Source of the DNA: a virus
Length of the DNA stretch: 64,000 nucleotides
Reading direction: 5' to 3' (one strand)
Virus record (IMG/VR): IMGVR_UViG_3300017761_003320
Span: 64,001-128,000 of that record
The notes beneath the pieces were generated by a model, which worked only from the letters and a program-made list of their open reading frames with translations, ran no database searches and was not told the origin of the DNA. Shown here piece by piece: positions 25,175 to 34,333 of this stretch; the first letter of the stretch is position 1, and the number at the start of each line of letters is the position of its first letter. The translations under genes and the position numbers were made by a program.

Positions 25175-26906
25175 ATGGTGGTCGATTTCCATTTGGACGA
25201 GCTTGTGCTGATGGCGATGCTGCCGATGTAGTCGCTGGGGGTGATGGATTTGGTAGTTGAATTTGCCTTCTTACAGGAATTACTATAGGTGGTAACATGA
25301 TGGTACCAGAAGAAGGCATTTGTCCTTCCGACATTCTCAAACCTGCAATTCTAGAAGCCAATTCTGAAGATGTTATACTACCTGATCCTAAAGCAAGCAT
25401 CGCTTGATTTCTTTGTTCTTCTGATAAAAGTCCTGATGCGGATGAGGGCATTTCTCTCCTTAAATCAGGATTATTCATCATCATCTGAAGGCCTCTTGCT
25501 TCAGTCAAATAAGCAGTAGCTAATTCTATTCTTCTACGATTAAATTCTATCTGTCGTTCAGCCGAATTAATTAATTCTTCACTTTGTGGAGTTAACCCGC
25601 TTCTATTATATGGATTATTTCTTTCAGTTTGTATTGATCGTTCAGACACTTGTATAAGTCTTTCTGATTGACCAATACTTCTTTCTAAATTTCTTATATT
25701 TGCGCGAACTAGATTAGGATATGTTCTTACTTGACGTTGTGCCGCTTGCATTAACAAATTATTTCTACCAGGATCTTCGGGTCTTAGATTTCTCATACGT
25801 TCTAAATCAGCAGAGGCACGTTCAAATCCTAATGCATAATGTCTGGCAAGTTCTCCATATTCTTCTATCTCATTAACCTGCCTTTCTTCACGTGTTGTAT
25901 TTGCATAATATGCTATGGTTGGTACGATTGTTAGTGCAGTACCTATTACACCACTAAGTCTAGCAATACCAGCACCAGGAACACGTGCTGGTCTTCCACT
26001 ACTTATAGGTGCTCTACCACCAGGTTCTACTGTTGGTGCACGTGCAGGCGGGGGCCTTGGTTCTGCTGCAGGTGGTGTAGGTGCTGGTCTTGGTGGCGTT
26101 GGTGGCGGCCTAGATGGTGCCGGTGGTGCTGGACGTGATGGTGCCGGTGGTGCTGGACGTGATGGTGTCGGTGGTGCTGGACGTGATGGTGCCGGCGGTG
26201 CTGCCGGCCGTGTGGCAGCGGGTGATGATTGTCTTGGAAAAATTCTTTGAGATAATCTTTGTGAAAAACGATTGATTGCGCGGAATCCACGAAAAGCCAA
26301 GTAACTTCCTAATATAGCACCAGTAATTTCTGCTGCCAACATGAGTTCATCTGCAATCCGTAATATCTGACGAGGAAATTCATCAATTTGTTGAATTAAT
26401 TCAGGTGATAATTGTGTAGCTGCTAAAGCTGTGGCCAAACCAGCAAGACCGAGCCCACCTAAAATATTTGGTAAATTTCTAATAGTTGATCGAGTTCCAC
26501 GACCAATTGCACTAGCTATATTACCAATTCTTCTGGTATAGTTTCCTCTTGTATCATTTCCCTCAGCTCTATCTTCAAGATTACGGTTTTCTCTATTAAG
26601 CAATCTTTGTGTATCTTTTTGCTGAGATACTAACATTCTTCTTAATTCATTAGATGCAAGATAAGAATTTTCAGCTATTGATGACATCATTGCATATACA
26701 TCACGACGTAATGCATCAAATGAGCTTTGAGTTACATAATTTCTATCATCACCTATTCTATTAGGTACACCAGCAGTTAATTCTCTCCGTGCTCTTTCAG
26801 ATGAAACCATTCTATAATTCATGGCCATATCATGAAATCTTTTTGTGCGCTCATCATATATTATCGAGGTAGTCAATGTATTAGCTATATCTGTTAAAGA
26901 TGCCAT
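25173..26906 (-). CDS. Tape-measure/hub-like ejected protein with Pro-rich linker
   Basis: Position after gp26/gp51; helical with hydrophobic segments; PAPPAPSR repeats; only 2 Lys. Confidence 0.5.
   Translation of the reverse strand: MASLTDIANTLTTSIIYDERTKRFHDMAMNYRMVSSERARRELTAGVPNRIGDDRNYVTQSSFDALRRDVYAMMSSIAENSYLASNELRRMLVSQQKDTQRLLNRENRNLEDRAEGNDTRGNYTRRIGNIASAIGRGTRSTIRNLPNILGGLGLAGLATALAATQLSPELIQQIDEFPRQILRIADELMLAAEITGAILGSYLAFRGFRAINRFSQRLSQRIFPRQSSPAATRPAAPPAPSRPAPPTPSRPAPPAPSRPAPPAPSRPPPTPPRPAPTPPAAEPRPPPARAPTVEPGGRAPISSGRPARVPGAGIARLSGVIGTALTIVPTIAYYANTTREERQVNEIEEYGELARHYALGFERASADLERMRNLRPEDPGRNNLLMQAAQRQVRTYPNLVRANIRNLERSIGQSERLIQVSERSIQTERNNPYNRSGLTPQSEELINSAERQIEFNRRRIELATAYLTEARGLQMMMNNPDLRREMPSSASGLLSEEQRNQAMLALGSGSITSSELASRIAGLRMSEGQMPSSGTIMLPPIVIPVRRQIQLPNPSPPATTSAASPSAQARPNGNRPP
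26113..26210 (-). repeat. 24-bp tandem repeat (about 4 copies) encoding RPAPPAPS
   Basis: GATGGTGCCGGTGGTGCTGGACGT units on the + strand. Confidence 0.85.
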
Positions 26907-26917
26907 ATTGATTATCC

Positions 26918-28399
26918 TTAGACTCGTACAGGTACGATTTCTTCATGAATAAAAATCGTTTGTATTTGTGTAGTAGATTCCGGCCGGGCGGCCGCAGCTA
27001 TTCTATTTGTATTTTGAGGCATAGATGCTTCTGGAATAGGCATAGGTTGACCAGAAGATGTTGGTCGTGATGAATTTGATTCATTTTGAGGCTGTTGAGC
27101 TTCCGGCGCGCCACCTGTTGGAATTTGAGGTGATTCAGTTTCCGTTTGAGGTCGAGATTGAGATGTAGTTTGAGATGTAGTTTGACCTGCTGATGTTCGA
27201 GATGGTGCAGCAGGTCTAGATGCAACAGCCCCACGACTAGCTAATTTGTTTTCTAAATCATCTATCGTTATAAATCCGTCATTATTTACATCTAATATTG
27301 GATTTAATGAATAATAATTTTCCCCACGTTGTGTCAATACCCCATCACCGCGCGAGATTGCTGATGCAACTCTACCAGGTAAAAATACATGTGCATAAAT
27401 CATACCTGCGCTTGCACCTGAGGGTAGACCAGTCATTCTAAAATAACTCTCAACCAGTTGAAGTTGCTGCACAGCATCCATTTCTCTTATTGCAGCAGTA
27501 GTCGTACCTAATCTTCGCGCCGTACCTTCAGTAAATTGAATAAGGCCAGTTGCAGTTTGTCCAGGTAATGTATTACGTGCAGTAGTTCTGACTCCACTCT
27601 CAACTCTCATAACAGCTAGAAGATTAGCAGGATGAATACCTAATCTATTTGATACTGCTATAAGCTCTGCTTGGAATCTCGGATCACCTTCTACATTTCC
27701 TGTTGGGCCCATCTCTGGACGAAATCTTATATCACCCTCATTATATTCTTGAGTTTGCTGTTGACCAATACGAGGCTCTGTTTCTTCACCAAAAAGAAAA
27801 TTTGATAATCCATTAAATACTGTCTCTCGTCCCTCACGATATCCTTCACGAAATGTTCCACCTTCGACAGATCGTTGAACGCCTCTATATACACCAGCGG
27901 CCAGTGCAGCTAAACCTGCACCAGGTATAGTTCTTACGGCTATTCCGCGAGCAAGTCTGCGTGCTGTGCGTGCTATTTCTACGGCCGCTCTAGCTACAGA
28001 AATCGTGGCTCTAGCAATTAATGATGTTATTGCTTGTAAAATACCACTTGAATTTATATCTTCATTTTGTCTTGTATCTTCAATTTCTTCTTGTCTTTCA
28101 AATTGACGAGATTCTAATCTATCTTCTTCCTCTATTCGCTCTATTCTATCGACTATTGCACGTTGTTTGTCTTTTTCATCATTTATGCGGCGCAAAGTCT
28201 GAACCATTTCCCTAATGGATTCGCGAGATTTGATAAATGTTGATCCTATAGAACCACTAACAGTGTACATCATATTTGTGGCAGGACGCGATGGTCCAAT
28301 CCTTAGCAAAGAAGCAAATGGCAATAAAGCCAAACTTGTCTCTCTAGCACCAGGACCAGTAAGATTATATCTTTCTGTCGCATCAGCCAATGTGGCCAT
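26918..28399 (-). CDS. Tape-measure/hub-like protein with lytic transglycosylase (SLT-like) domain
   Basis: LLAVMRVESG catalytic Glu, ATGLIQF, QLQLVESYF and LDVNNDGFIT motifs. Confidence 0.7.
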   Translation of the reverse strand: MATLADATERYNLTGPGARETSLALLPFASLLRIGPSRPATNMMYTVSGSIGSTFIKSRESIREMVQTLRRINDEKDKQRAIVDRIERIEEEDRLESRQFERQEEIEDTRQNEDINSSGILQAITSLIARATISVARAAVEIARTARRLARGIAVRTIPGAGLAALAAGVYRGVQRSVEGGTFREGYREGRETVFNGLSNFLFGEETEPRIGQQQTQEYNEGDIRFRPEMGPTGNVEGDPRFQAELIAVSNRLGIHPANLLAVMRVESGVRTTARNTLPGQTATGLIQFTEGTARRLGTTTAAIREMDAVQQLQLVESYFRMTGLPSGASAGMIYAHVFLPGRVASAISRGDGVLTQRGENYYSLNPILDVNNDGFITIDDLENKLASRGAVASRPAAPSRTSAGQTTSQTTSQSRPQTETESPQIPTGGAPEAQQPQNESNSSRPTSSGQPMPIPEASMPQNTNRIAAAARPESTTQIQTIFIHEEIVPVRV

Positions 28400-28400
28400 A

Positions 28401-28580
28401 TTACTGAGCGTTCCTCTTTGCTTCTTCTTTTTCTATAAAATCTAGCAGAAGTTTAACGTATATTTCCCTCTCCCAAGGTATCATATTTTCTATCTCATAC
28501 AAACTATACTTGTGATGTTGCATAAGCGAAAAATTCAATGAATAATAATTTCCAAGATTATTGTGAGAGAGGGCTATCAA
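28401..28580 (-). CDS. Baseplate hub assembly protein (T4 gp51-like), not in ORF track
   Basis: LIALSHNNLGNYYSLNFSLMQHHKYSLYEIENMIPWEREIYVKLL; in the -1 frame relative to gp26. Confidence 0.85.
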   Translation of the reverse strand: MIALSHNNLGNYYSLNFSLMQHHKYSLYEIENMIPWEREIYVKLLLDFIEKEEAKRNAQ

Positions 28581-29290
28581 AAAAAATCTGCTAGACCTTT
28601 TAGCTTTACAGTATCAACTTGTCCACAACCAGAACACTTATAAGTTATTTCATGCTCCAATATTGGCATTGTATCAAAAAATTTCATTATATCTGCAAAT
28701 TGCATATTGCTAAGAGAACCAATAAATTCTTTCACCTCATCTAAGCTTTCTGGCTCATATACTTCTTCATCATCAAAAACGCATTCAAAGCATTTTGATA
28801 TTAAATCTGTTTCATCAACTTCAGGCTGTAACATATCTCCCACTTCTTTCATAGTGGGATATTTCATTCTAACAGTAAGCTTATCATTCAATTTTATATC
28901 TTTTGAATGCTCAGGATCAAACTTGACTTCAATGGCATCAAGGTCAATCTCGACTGTTGTTATTGCATCACAGCTTTCGCCTTTATAATTTACACCATCA
29001 ACATGTCGATATCTAAGAGTTGCTTTTTCGCTAACTGATTTTGACCTGACTTTAAGAAACAAATATTCAAGATCGAAAGAAGGTAGCTTGGTTATATTGA
29101 CATCTTCCGTTAAAATGCAAGCTGATAGTGTGTCTATCATTGCACGATACATATGATCCACATCTTTTGATTCCATAGCAATCAAAAGAGTCTTTTCTTC
29201 TTTTACAAGAAAAGGTCTAAATGTTACCTCCTTTTTTGATGACGGTATAGCCGCAGTAAAGGTCGGGGTAACTATTTTTGGTAAAGCCAT
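28577..29290 (-). CDS. Baseplate hub assembly chaperone (T4 gp26-like)
   Basis: MALPK, FRPFLVKEEK, FDLEYLFLKVRSKSV, MKYP and C-terminal CxxC...GLADFF. Confidence 0.9.
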   Translation of the reverse strand: MALPKIVTPTFTAAIPSSKKEVTFRPFLVKEEKTLLIAMESKDVDHMYRAMIDTLSACILTEDVNITKLPSFDLEYLFLKVRSKSVSEKATLRYRHVDGVNYKGESCDAITTVEIDLDAIEVKFDPEHSKDIKLNDKLTVRMKYPTMKEVGDMLQPEVDETDLISKCFECVFDDEEVYEPESLDEVKEFIGSLSNMQFADIMKFFDTMPILEHEITYKCSGCGQVDTVKLKGLADFF

Positions 29291-29302
29291 AATATTCTCC
29301 TA

Positions 29303-30196
29303 TCAAGCAAATGGTAATCTAAATTGTCTAATGCCTTGTGTAACAGCATCAAGTATACCGCTAGTTCCACCCAAGACACCTGTATTGGTAAGTATGGATA
29401 TAGCAGGTGCAAATCCTGCCAAGAAATCTGAACGTCTGATGAAATCTTCTGCAACATATAGAGATTTTAGTGCAGCTGCCTTTGGGTGTTCTTCAGTCGC
29501 AATGAAATATTCCATTTGCACGGTCAGTTTTGATACTTGATCACCAGCAGACCAATCAAGTTCAACATCACCAATATTCAAAGGAAATGCTTCTTGAAGA
29601 TTGACCCTATATTGTGGTTTAACTGATTGTGTTGATCCAAATATATTCACATTAAATGGATCTATGACATCTGCGGTATTTGTAAAAATAGTACCTAAAT
29701 CACCGAGCGCAAGAGCTTCGCCTACAGAAGTAGCGGCCTCTGATTGGAATTGTGGTGTTTCAGGAAATTGAAGTATGTCGACAGATCCTATGATTTCATC
29801 ATAAAATGTTGAGTCAAATATACCAACACCCCGTGATCTGCTGCCGCCGCGACGGTATCCCGCACGGCCACCTGATGATGTTGCAAGATCCTGCCAAGCC
29901 ATTAGCACTTCACGTTCAATCATATTGTCACTTAAAATTATGCGTAATTGCATTGGTTGTTGCATAAACCGATATGGTATATTTCTAACTGGACCATGAT
30001 ATGACTGTTCTATTGTCATCAATGAACGACTAGGCAATGAAGCATGTTCTATTCTAAGAGGCAAAAATGAAGTATCAAAAAACCCACGAAGCGCAGGTGG
30101 CATATTCAATAATACAGAAAAATATGAGGGTTTTGCGGTACCACGTTTTCCAATTTCGGCAGAAAATTCTGATACATTAAAACGTCTATTACCCAT
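29303..30196 (-). CDS. Tail tube initiator (T4 gp54-like)
   Basis: Tube-protein fold pattern (FNVSEF, ASLPSR, EAFPLNIGDVELDW); start moved to ATG 30196. Confidence 0.7.
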   Translation of the reverse strand: MGNRRFNVSEFSAEIGKRGTAKPSYFSVLLNMPPALRGFFDTSFLPLRIEHASLPSRSLMTIEQSYHGPVRNIPYRFMQQPMQLRIILSDNMIEREVLMAWQDLATSSGGRAGYRRGGSRSRGVGIFDSTFYDEIIGSVDILQFPETPQFQSEAATSVGEALALGDLGTIFTNTADVIDPFNVNIFGSTQSVKPQYRVNLQEAFPLNIGDVELDWSAGDQVSKLTVQMEYFIATEEHPKAAALKSLYVAEDFIRRSDFLAGFAPAISILTNTGVLGGTSGILDAVTQGIRQFRLPFA

Positions 30197-30206
30197 GGGA
30201 CTGCCT

Positions 30207-30827
30207 TTATAATTTGTTATAAGAATCGCGATAGACAGTTTCTCTACTTGCGCCTGCAAATCTATCAAGCGGCATAAAGAGAGCAATGTCCCATGATTTT
30301 GGATCTATACGAAAATATCTAGTTTTGACATGTGAGAATAGATATTGCTTTATACAAGGTTTGAACATATGATATTTGGTGACAGATTTTAACAGCTTAT
30401 ATGAAATCTGCATATGAGTTCTATCATCATAATTTTCATCACTTATGACAGTATATAAAGCATCCATCAGTCGTGCACGTAGTCGTAATGGTAGATAATG
30501 CATATTCAATCCCATAAACCCAGGTTGGGTTGATGTTCCTGCTGCACGGCCACCAAGTCTTGTCGTATCAAATGGTATCACTAAGGGATATCTGTCATAA
30601 TATGGTAAATCTGCTTTGGTCTTTGGGTCATAAGCAAACAAATACATCTGACCTATCATAGGCACACTTACCATGGCACTACGATCTTCACCCATTAATG
30701 CATTAGGGCTAACACCAACCTTACTGGCCTGAGCGCGAAACCACGTTCTAGACTGTTGGGTTTTGTTAGGTATCATACCTTGTCTCTCACCTTGGGTGAG
30801 GATGCTATCAAAGGTATATGCCACCAT
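30207..30827 (-). CDS. DNA end protector (T4 gp2-like)
   Basis: YDPKTK..LPYYDRYPLV, GLNMHYLP and CIKQYL motifs. Confidence 0.9.
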   Translation of the reverse strand: MVAYTFDSILTQGERQGMIPNKTQQSRTWFRAQASKVGVSPNALMGEDRSAMVSVPMIGQMYLFAYDPKTKADLPYYDRYPLVIPFDTTRLGGRAAGTSTQPGFMGLNMHYLPLRLRARLMDALYTVISDENYDDRTHMQISYKLLKSVTKYHMFKPCIKQYLFSHVKTRYFRIDPKSWDIALFMPLDRFAGASRETVYRDSYNKL

Positions 30828-31273
30828 TATTTTCGACCTAAATCCTTCTCTGTTATAATAACAAATTCCCAATTGCGATCAGCACAATATTCTCGGGCAG
30901 CTTTCCACTTCGCAGTATTTATCCCATATTTGGCAACCTCAGTCAAATACTTTCTTGTTGGTTTTCGTGATGTATCATGAGGTATTGGTTGTTGTGTCTG
31001 CATAAACGGTTTTACTTCAATCATCTTGATTGCTATTTTGCCAGTTCTATCTTTCATTTTTATGATAAAATCTGGAAAATATCTATGCCACTTACCATCA
31101 ATTGGTGATTTGTAAGGAACTATGACTTCTTCCGAGGCCCATTCTATAACCGAATCATTTTGATCAAATTCGATCATGATCCTTCGCTCCCATAATGAGC
31201 GATAAATTATATTCGTTGGATCTCCCTTATATTTTGAGGGATTGATGGGTTGATATTTGCCTTTGTATGCCAT
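30827..31273 (-). CDS. Head completion nuclease (T4 gp4-like)
   Basis: MAYKGKY, YRSLWE, WASEE, HRYFPDF, IEVKP and AKWKAA motifs. Confidence 0.93.
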   Translation of the reverse strand: MAYKGKYQPINPSKYKGDPTNIIYRSLWERRIMIEFDQNDSVIEWASEEVIVPYKSPIDGKWHRYFPDFIIKMKDRTGKIAIKMIEVKPFMQTQQPIPHDTSRKPTRKYLTEVAKYGINTAKWKAAREYCADRNWEFVIITEKDLGRK

Positions 31274-31324
31274 ATTTCTATCTAGGCGCAATAAATATTA
31301 CATATTTTAAGAGGACTATAATTA

Positions 31325-32437
31325 ATGGCATTTCCTGGGGAAACACCTACAGCTGAATTACAACAATTTCAGGGAATGAGACCTGCGCCACCAGCACGTC
31401 GCGCGCAATCACTTTATTTTCCAAATGATTATAGAAATATTGATCATTGTGTAACATTTCAAGTTAAAAAATTTGAACGTGTCACAAGAACATCAGCTTT
31501 AGCAAATGATCAAACACTTGTAAATCCTAATAGAAATACAAATGCATCTAGACTTTTGACAACTATAACTCTACCCATGCCAAGCATATTTAATACTGAA
31601 TATGGTGTAGAATATGATGACGCTAAACAAATATCATCGGTAGGTGAACTTGCTGCAACTATGGCATCAATGGCCAGAGGTGGTAATTCGGAGGCGGCCG
31701 CCCGATCTCTTGGTCAAGCATTATCACAAATATATGGTGCTGGTGCCGCGGCAGGTGGCATTGGTTCTGCCGCTCAAAATGCTGGTAATGTAATATTGAG
31801 ACAAATACAAGGTGCCACGCAAACATTAACTCCAGGCGTAGCTGGAGCTGTAGGATTAAGTGCTGCTGCTGGTTTAGCTACTAATGCATCAACATCAGCA
31901 CAAGCAGTAATTGCAAATTTTCTTGGTGTAGCACGAAATCCTCATAAGGTAGTTTTATTTCAGGGTGTCAATTTTCGTAGGCATGTATTTTCATATAAAC
32001 TATCACCTAAAAATATTAATGAAGCTCGATCAATATATAAAATTATAAAAGCATTTAAATATCATATGTCACCAAGCTATGGATTGGGTGAAACTCCTAC
32101 GGCCGCACGAGGACTTTTGGCAGGATTAGGATTTGAAGAAGCTGGTGAAACAACTGGTAATATAACATCTGAGGCAGGATCCATATCACGAGCATTTTTT
32201 GAATATCCTGAAGTATTTGATATAAAATTTCAAGGTAGTGCCAGAAATAATTTATTCACTATAGGTGAATCTGTATTAAAAGGGTTTACTGTAAATTACC
32301 ATCCTATGGCATACCCGGCTTATGTAAGGTCTCTAAATTCGCCAAATGTTTCTTCTCCCGCTGAAGTTGAGATAAGTCTTACATTCCAAGAGACCGATAT
32401 AGTTACAAAAGAACAAATACAACAATTTGATAGGTAA
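31325..32437 (+). CDS. Baseplate tail-tube cap (T4 gp48-like)
   Basis: ITLPMP, NPHKVVLFQGVNFRRHVFSYKLSPKN and LTFQE motifs; AATAAATA late-like promoter at 31290. Confidence 0.8.
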   Translation: MAFPGETPTAELQQFQGMRPAPPARRAQSLYFPNDYRNIDHCVTFQVKKFERVTRTSALANDQTLVNPNRNTNASRLLTTITLPMPSIFNTEYGVEYDDAKQISSVGELAATMASMARGGNSEAAARSLGQALSQIYGAGAAAGGIGSAAQNAGNVILRQIQGATQTLTPGVAGAVGLSAAAGLATNASTSAQAVIANFLGVARNPHKVVLFQGVNFRRHVFSYKLSPKNINEARSIYKIIKAFKYHMSPSYGLGETPTAARGLLAGLGFEEAGETTGNITSEAGSISRAFFEYPEVFDIKFQGSARNNLFTIGESVLKGFTVNYHPMAYPAYVRSLNSPNVSSPAEVEISLTFQETDIVTKEQIQQFDR

Positions 32438-32440
32438 ACC

Positions 32441-33019
32441 ATGCCTCATTATTTCTCAGCTTTTCCGACAATTAATTATGCTTTACCTAGTCTTAACAAG
32501 ACTAATACGGTCACCGATATCACAAGAAGATTTGTGATCAGAGATTTTTATAAGAAAAACTTATTTTCATTTTTTAAATATGATATTACTGATGGTAATC
32601 GACCTGATAGTGTTGCTTATGAGTTATATGGCGATTCTACTTTAGATTGGCTAATATTATTACCAAATGAAATAATTGACCCATATTTTCAATGGCCTTT
32701 AGATCAAAATCGATTTAATGAATTTATTAGAAAAAAATATGGTAGTGTATCTACAGCGATGGGCACTATACATCATTATGAACAAATAATACAAAATAGA
32801 TTAGAGACTGTAAATTCAGACGGTGAAAAGATTTTTGTGCCTGAACGTACTCTTCAGGTAGATCAAACAACATACTTATCACTTTCTGCCAATGCTAAAA
32901 AAGAAATCACTGCATATGATTATGAATTAGCTAAAAATGAAAGAAATAGAACAATATCTGTAATTGATATCGTATATGTACCTAGTATAGTGGATAGATT
33001 TAGGAATCTGTACATATGA
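32441..33019 (+). CDS. Baseplate wedge subunit (T4 gp53-like)
   Basis: YFSAFP, RPDSVAYELYG...WLILLPNEIIDP..QWP and YELAKNE motifs. Confidence 0.9.
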   Translation: MPHYFSAFPTINYALPSLNKTNTVTDITRRFVIRDFYKKNLFSFFKYDITDGNRPDSVAYELYGDSTLDWLILLPNEIIDPYFQWPLDQNRFNEFIRKKYGSVSTAMGTIHHYEQIIQNRLETVNSDGEKIFVPERTLQVDQTTYLSLSANAKKEITAYDYELAKNERNRTISVIDIVYVPSIVDRFRNLYI

Positions 33020-34332
33020 CAACGCCTCAACAGGCATCTGGTTCAGGTTTAATACAAGCTTTAACTATAAGATCGGCCACTCAACAGCAATCGCAAATAG
33101 ATTTCAGACAAATCGCATCTGAAATTAGCTATTATGAATCTATTGACGCACCTGGTTTTACTTTAACTGCAACTCTGCTAGACGGAGCAGGATTTAGAAC
33201 TGCTGTACCTTTAACTGGGGGTGAAGAAGTATTCTTTTCATTTTCAGATAGCGAACAAAATTCACCCAGAATATCTGGGTCGGCGATAGTATCAAAATTA
33301 GTAGATAAGGTTAGAGCAAAAGAAAGTTTAGATTCTTATTCTTTGTTTTTGTATCCAAAAGAACTCATGTTGCATAATTATGAAATTGTGGATACTTCAT
33401 TTAAATCTCGTAAAATAGAAGATATAGCAAAAACTATAGTTCAAAATCATATTACTCCAATAAACGGTAGAACTTTAACAACAGTAGAACCTACTTTGGG
33501 TCAATTTACAACTATTTTTCCTAGAATTAGTCCATTTACAGCATTGAATTATTTGGCCGGAGAAGCTCAATCGGCTGACACAAAAAGTTCATCCAGATAT
33601 TTTTTCTTTGATACCAACAAAGGATATGTGTTTGCTTCATTGCAATATTTGATGAAGCAACAGATTAAAAGAAAATTTACTTTGATAGAAGAACGTATTC
33701 CAGGTGATAGTCAATATGAAAGAAACCGCATAGTATCGATGGAAGAAAGAGTTGCATTTGACTTGGGGGAAGGTGTAGCATCTGGTCAATTAGGAACTCA
33801 AATTTTATCATTAGATCCAGTAGCAAAAAGATTTAGATCGACACAATATCTTTATAATAGAGATTATTCATCAATTGATCATATATCTCAGGAAAGAAGA
33901 CTTACTGCAAGAGTTGCCCAACAATTTGGTACAAGATTTTCTAGAGAAGCTTTTATAGTTACTAATTCTCATCAATCAACTTTACCATATGTTACTGAAC
34001 GAGAATCTTCAATACAGCAAAGTTATAGAAGACGTCAAGATTTTCTAGGAGTTGAAACTGCTGCGACTGCGGATATTTCATCAAATATAACGGTGATAAC
34101 AGTTCACGGCGATTCAACCTTACATGCAGGTGATACTATAGAAATTATGGTTCCTATTACAGGAGATAGAACAATAAGAGACCGTGCAATGGATAATCTT
34201 GCAAGCGGTAAATACTTAGTTACAGCTGTGGCCCATCGCATTACTACAGGGGGTTTAACATATGTAACTGTTCTTGAATGTGTGAAAGATGCATTTATAA
34301 AGCGTGTAGAAAATATAGTAAGGGATAGTTAA
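33016..34332 (+). CDS. Baseplate hub protein (gp27-like)
   Basis: Position between gp53 and gp5; YYESI, YFFFD, HGDSTLHAGD and SGKYLVTAVAH motifs. Confidence 0.65.
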   Translation: MTTPQQASGSGLIQALTIRSATQQQSQIDFRQIASEISYYESIDAPGFTLTATLLDGAGFRTAVPLTGGEEVFFSFSDSEQNSPRISGSAIVSKLVDKVRAKESLDSYSLFLYPKELMLHNYEIVDTSFKSRKIEDIAKTIVQNHITPINGRTLTTVEPTLGQFTTIFPRISPFTALNYLAGEAQSADTKSSSRYFFFDTNKGYVFASLQYLMKQQIKRKFTLIEERIPGDSQYERNRIVSMEERVAFDLGEGVASGQLGTQILSLDPVAKRFRSTQYLYNRDYSSIDHISQERRLTARVAQQFGTRFSREAFIVTNSHQSTLPYVTERESSIQQSYRRRQDFLGVETAATADISSNITVITVHGDSTLHAGDTIEIMVPITGDRTIRDRAMDNLASGKYLVTAVAHRITTGGLTYVTVLECVKDAFIKRVENIVRDS

Positions 34333-34333
34333 T

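Noticed and set aside
25915-26290. Gly-rich (+) and His-rich (-) ORFs
   Set aside because: Off-frame translations of the Pro-rich 24-bp repeat in 25173-26906
30827-31273. TnsA-like endonuclease suggesting a Tn7-type transposon
   Set aside because: It is the T4 gp4 head-completion protein in its normal gp2-gp4-gp48-gp53 context
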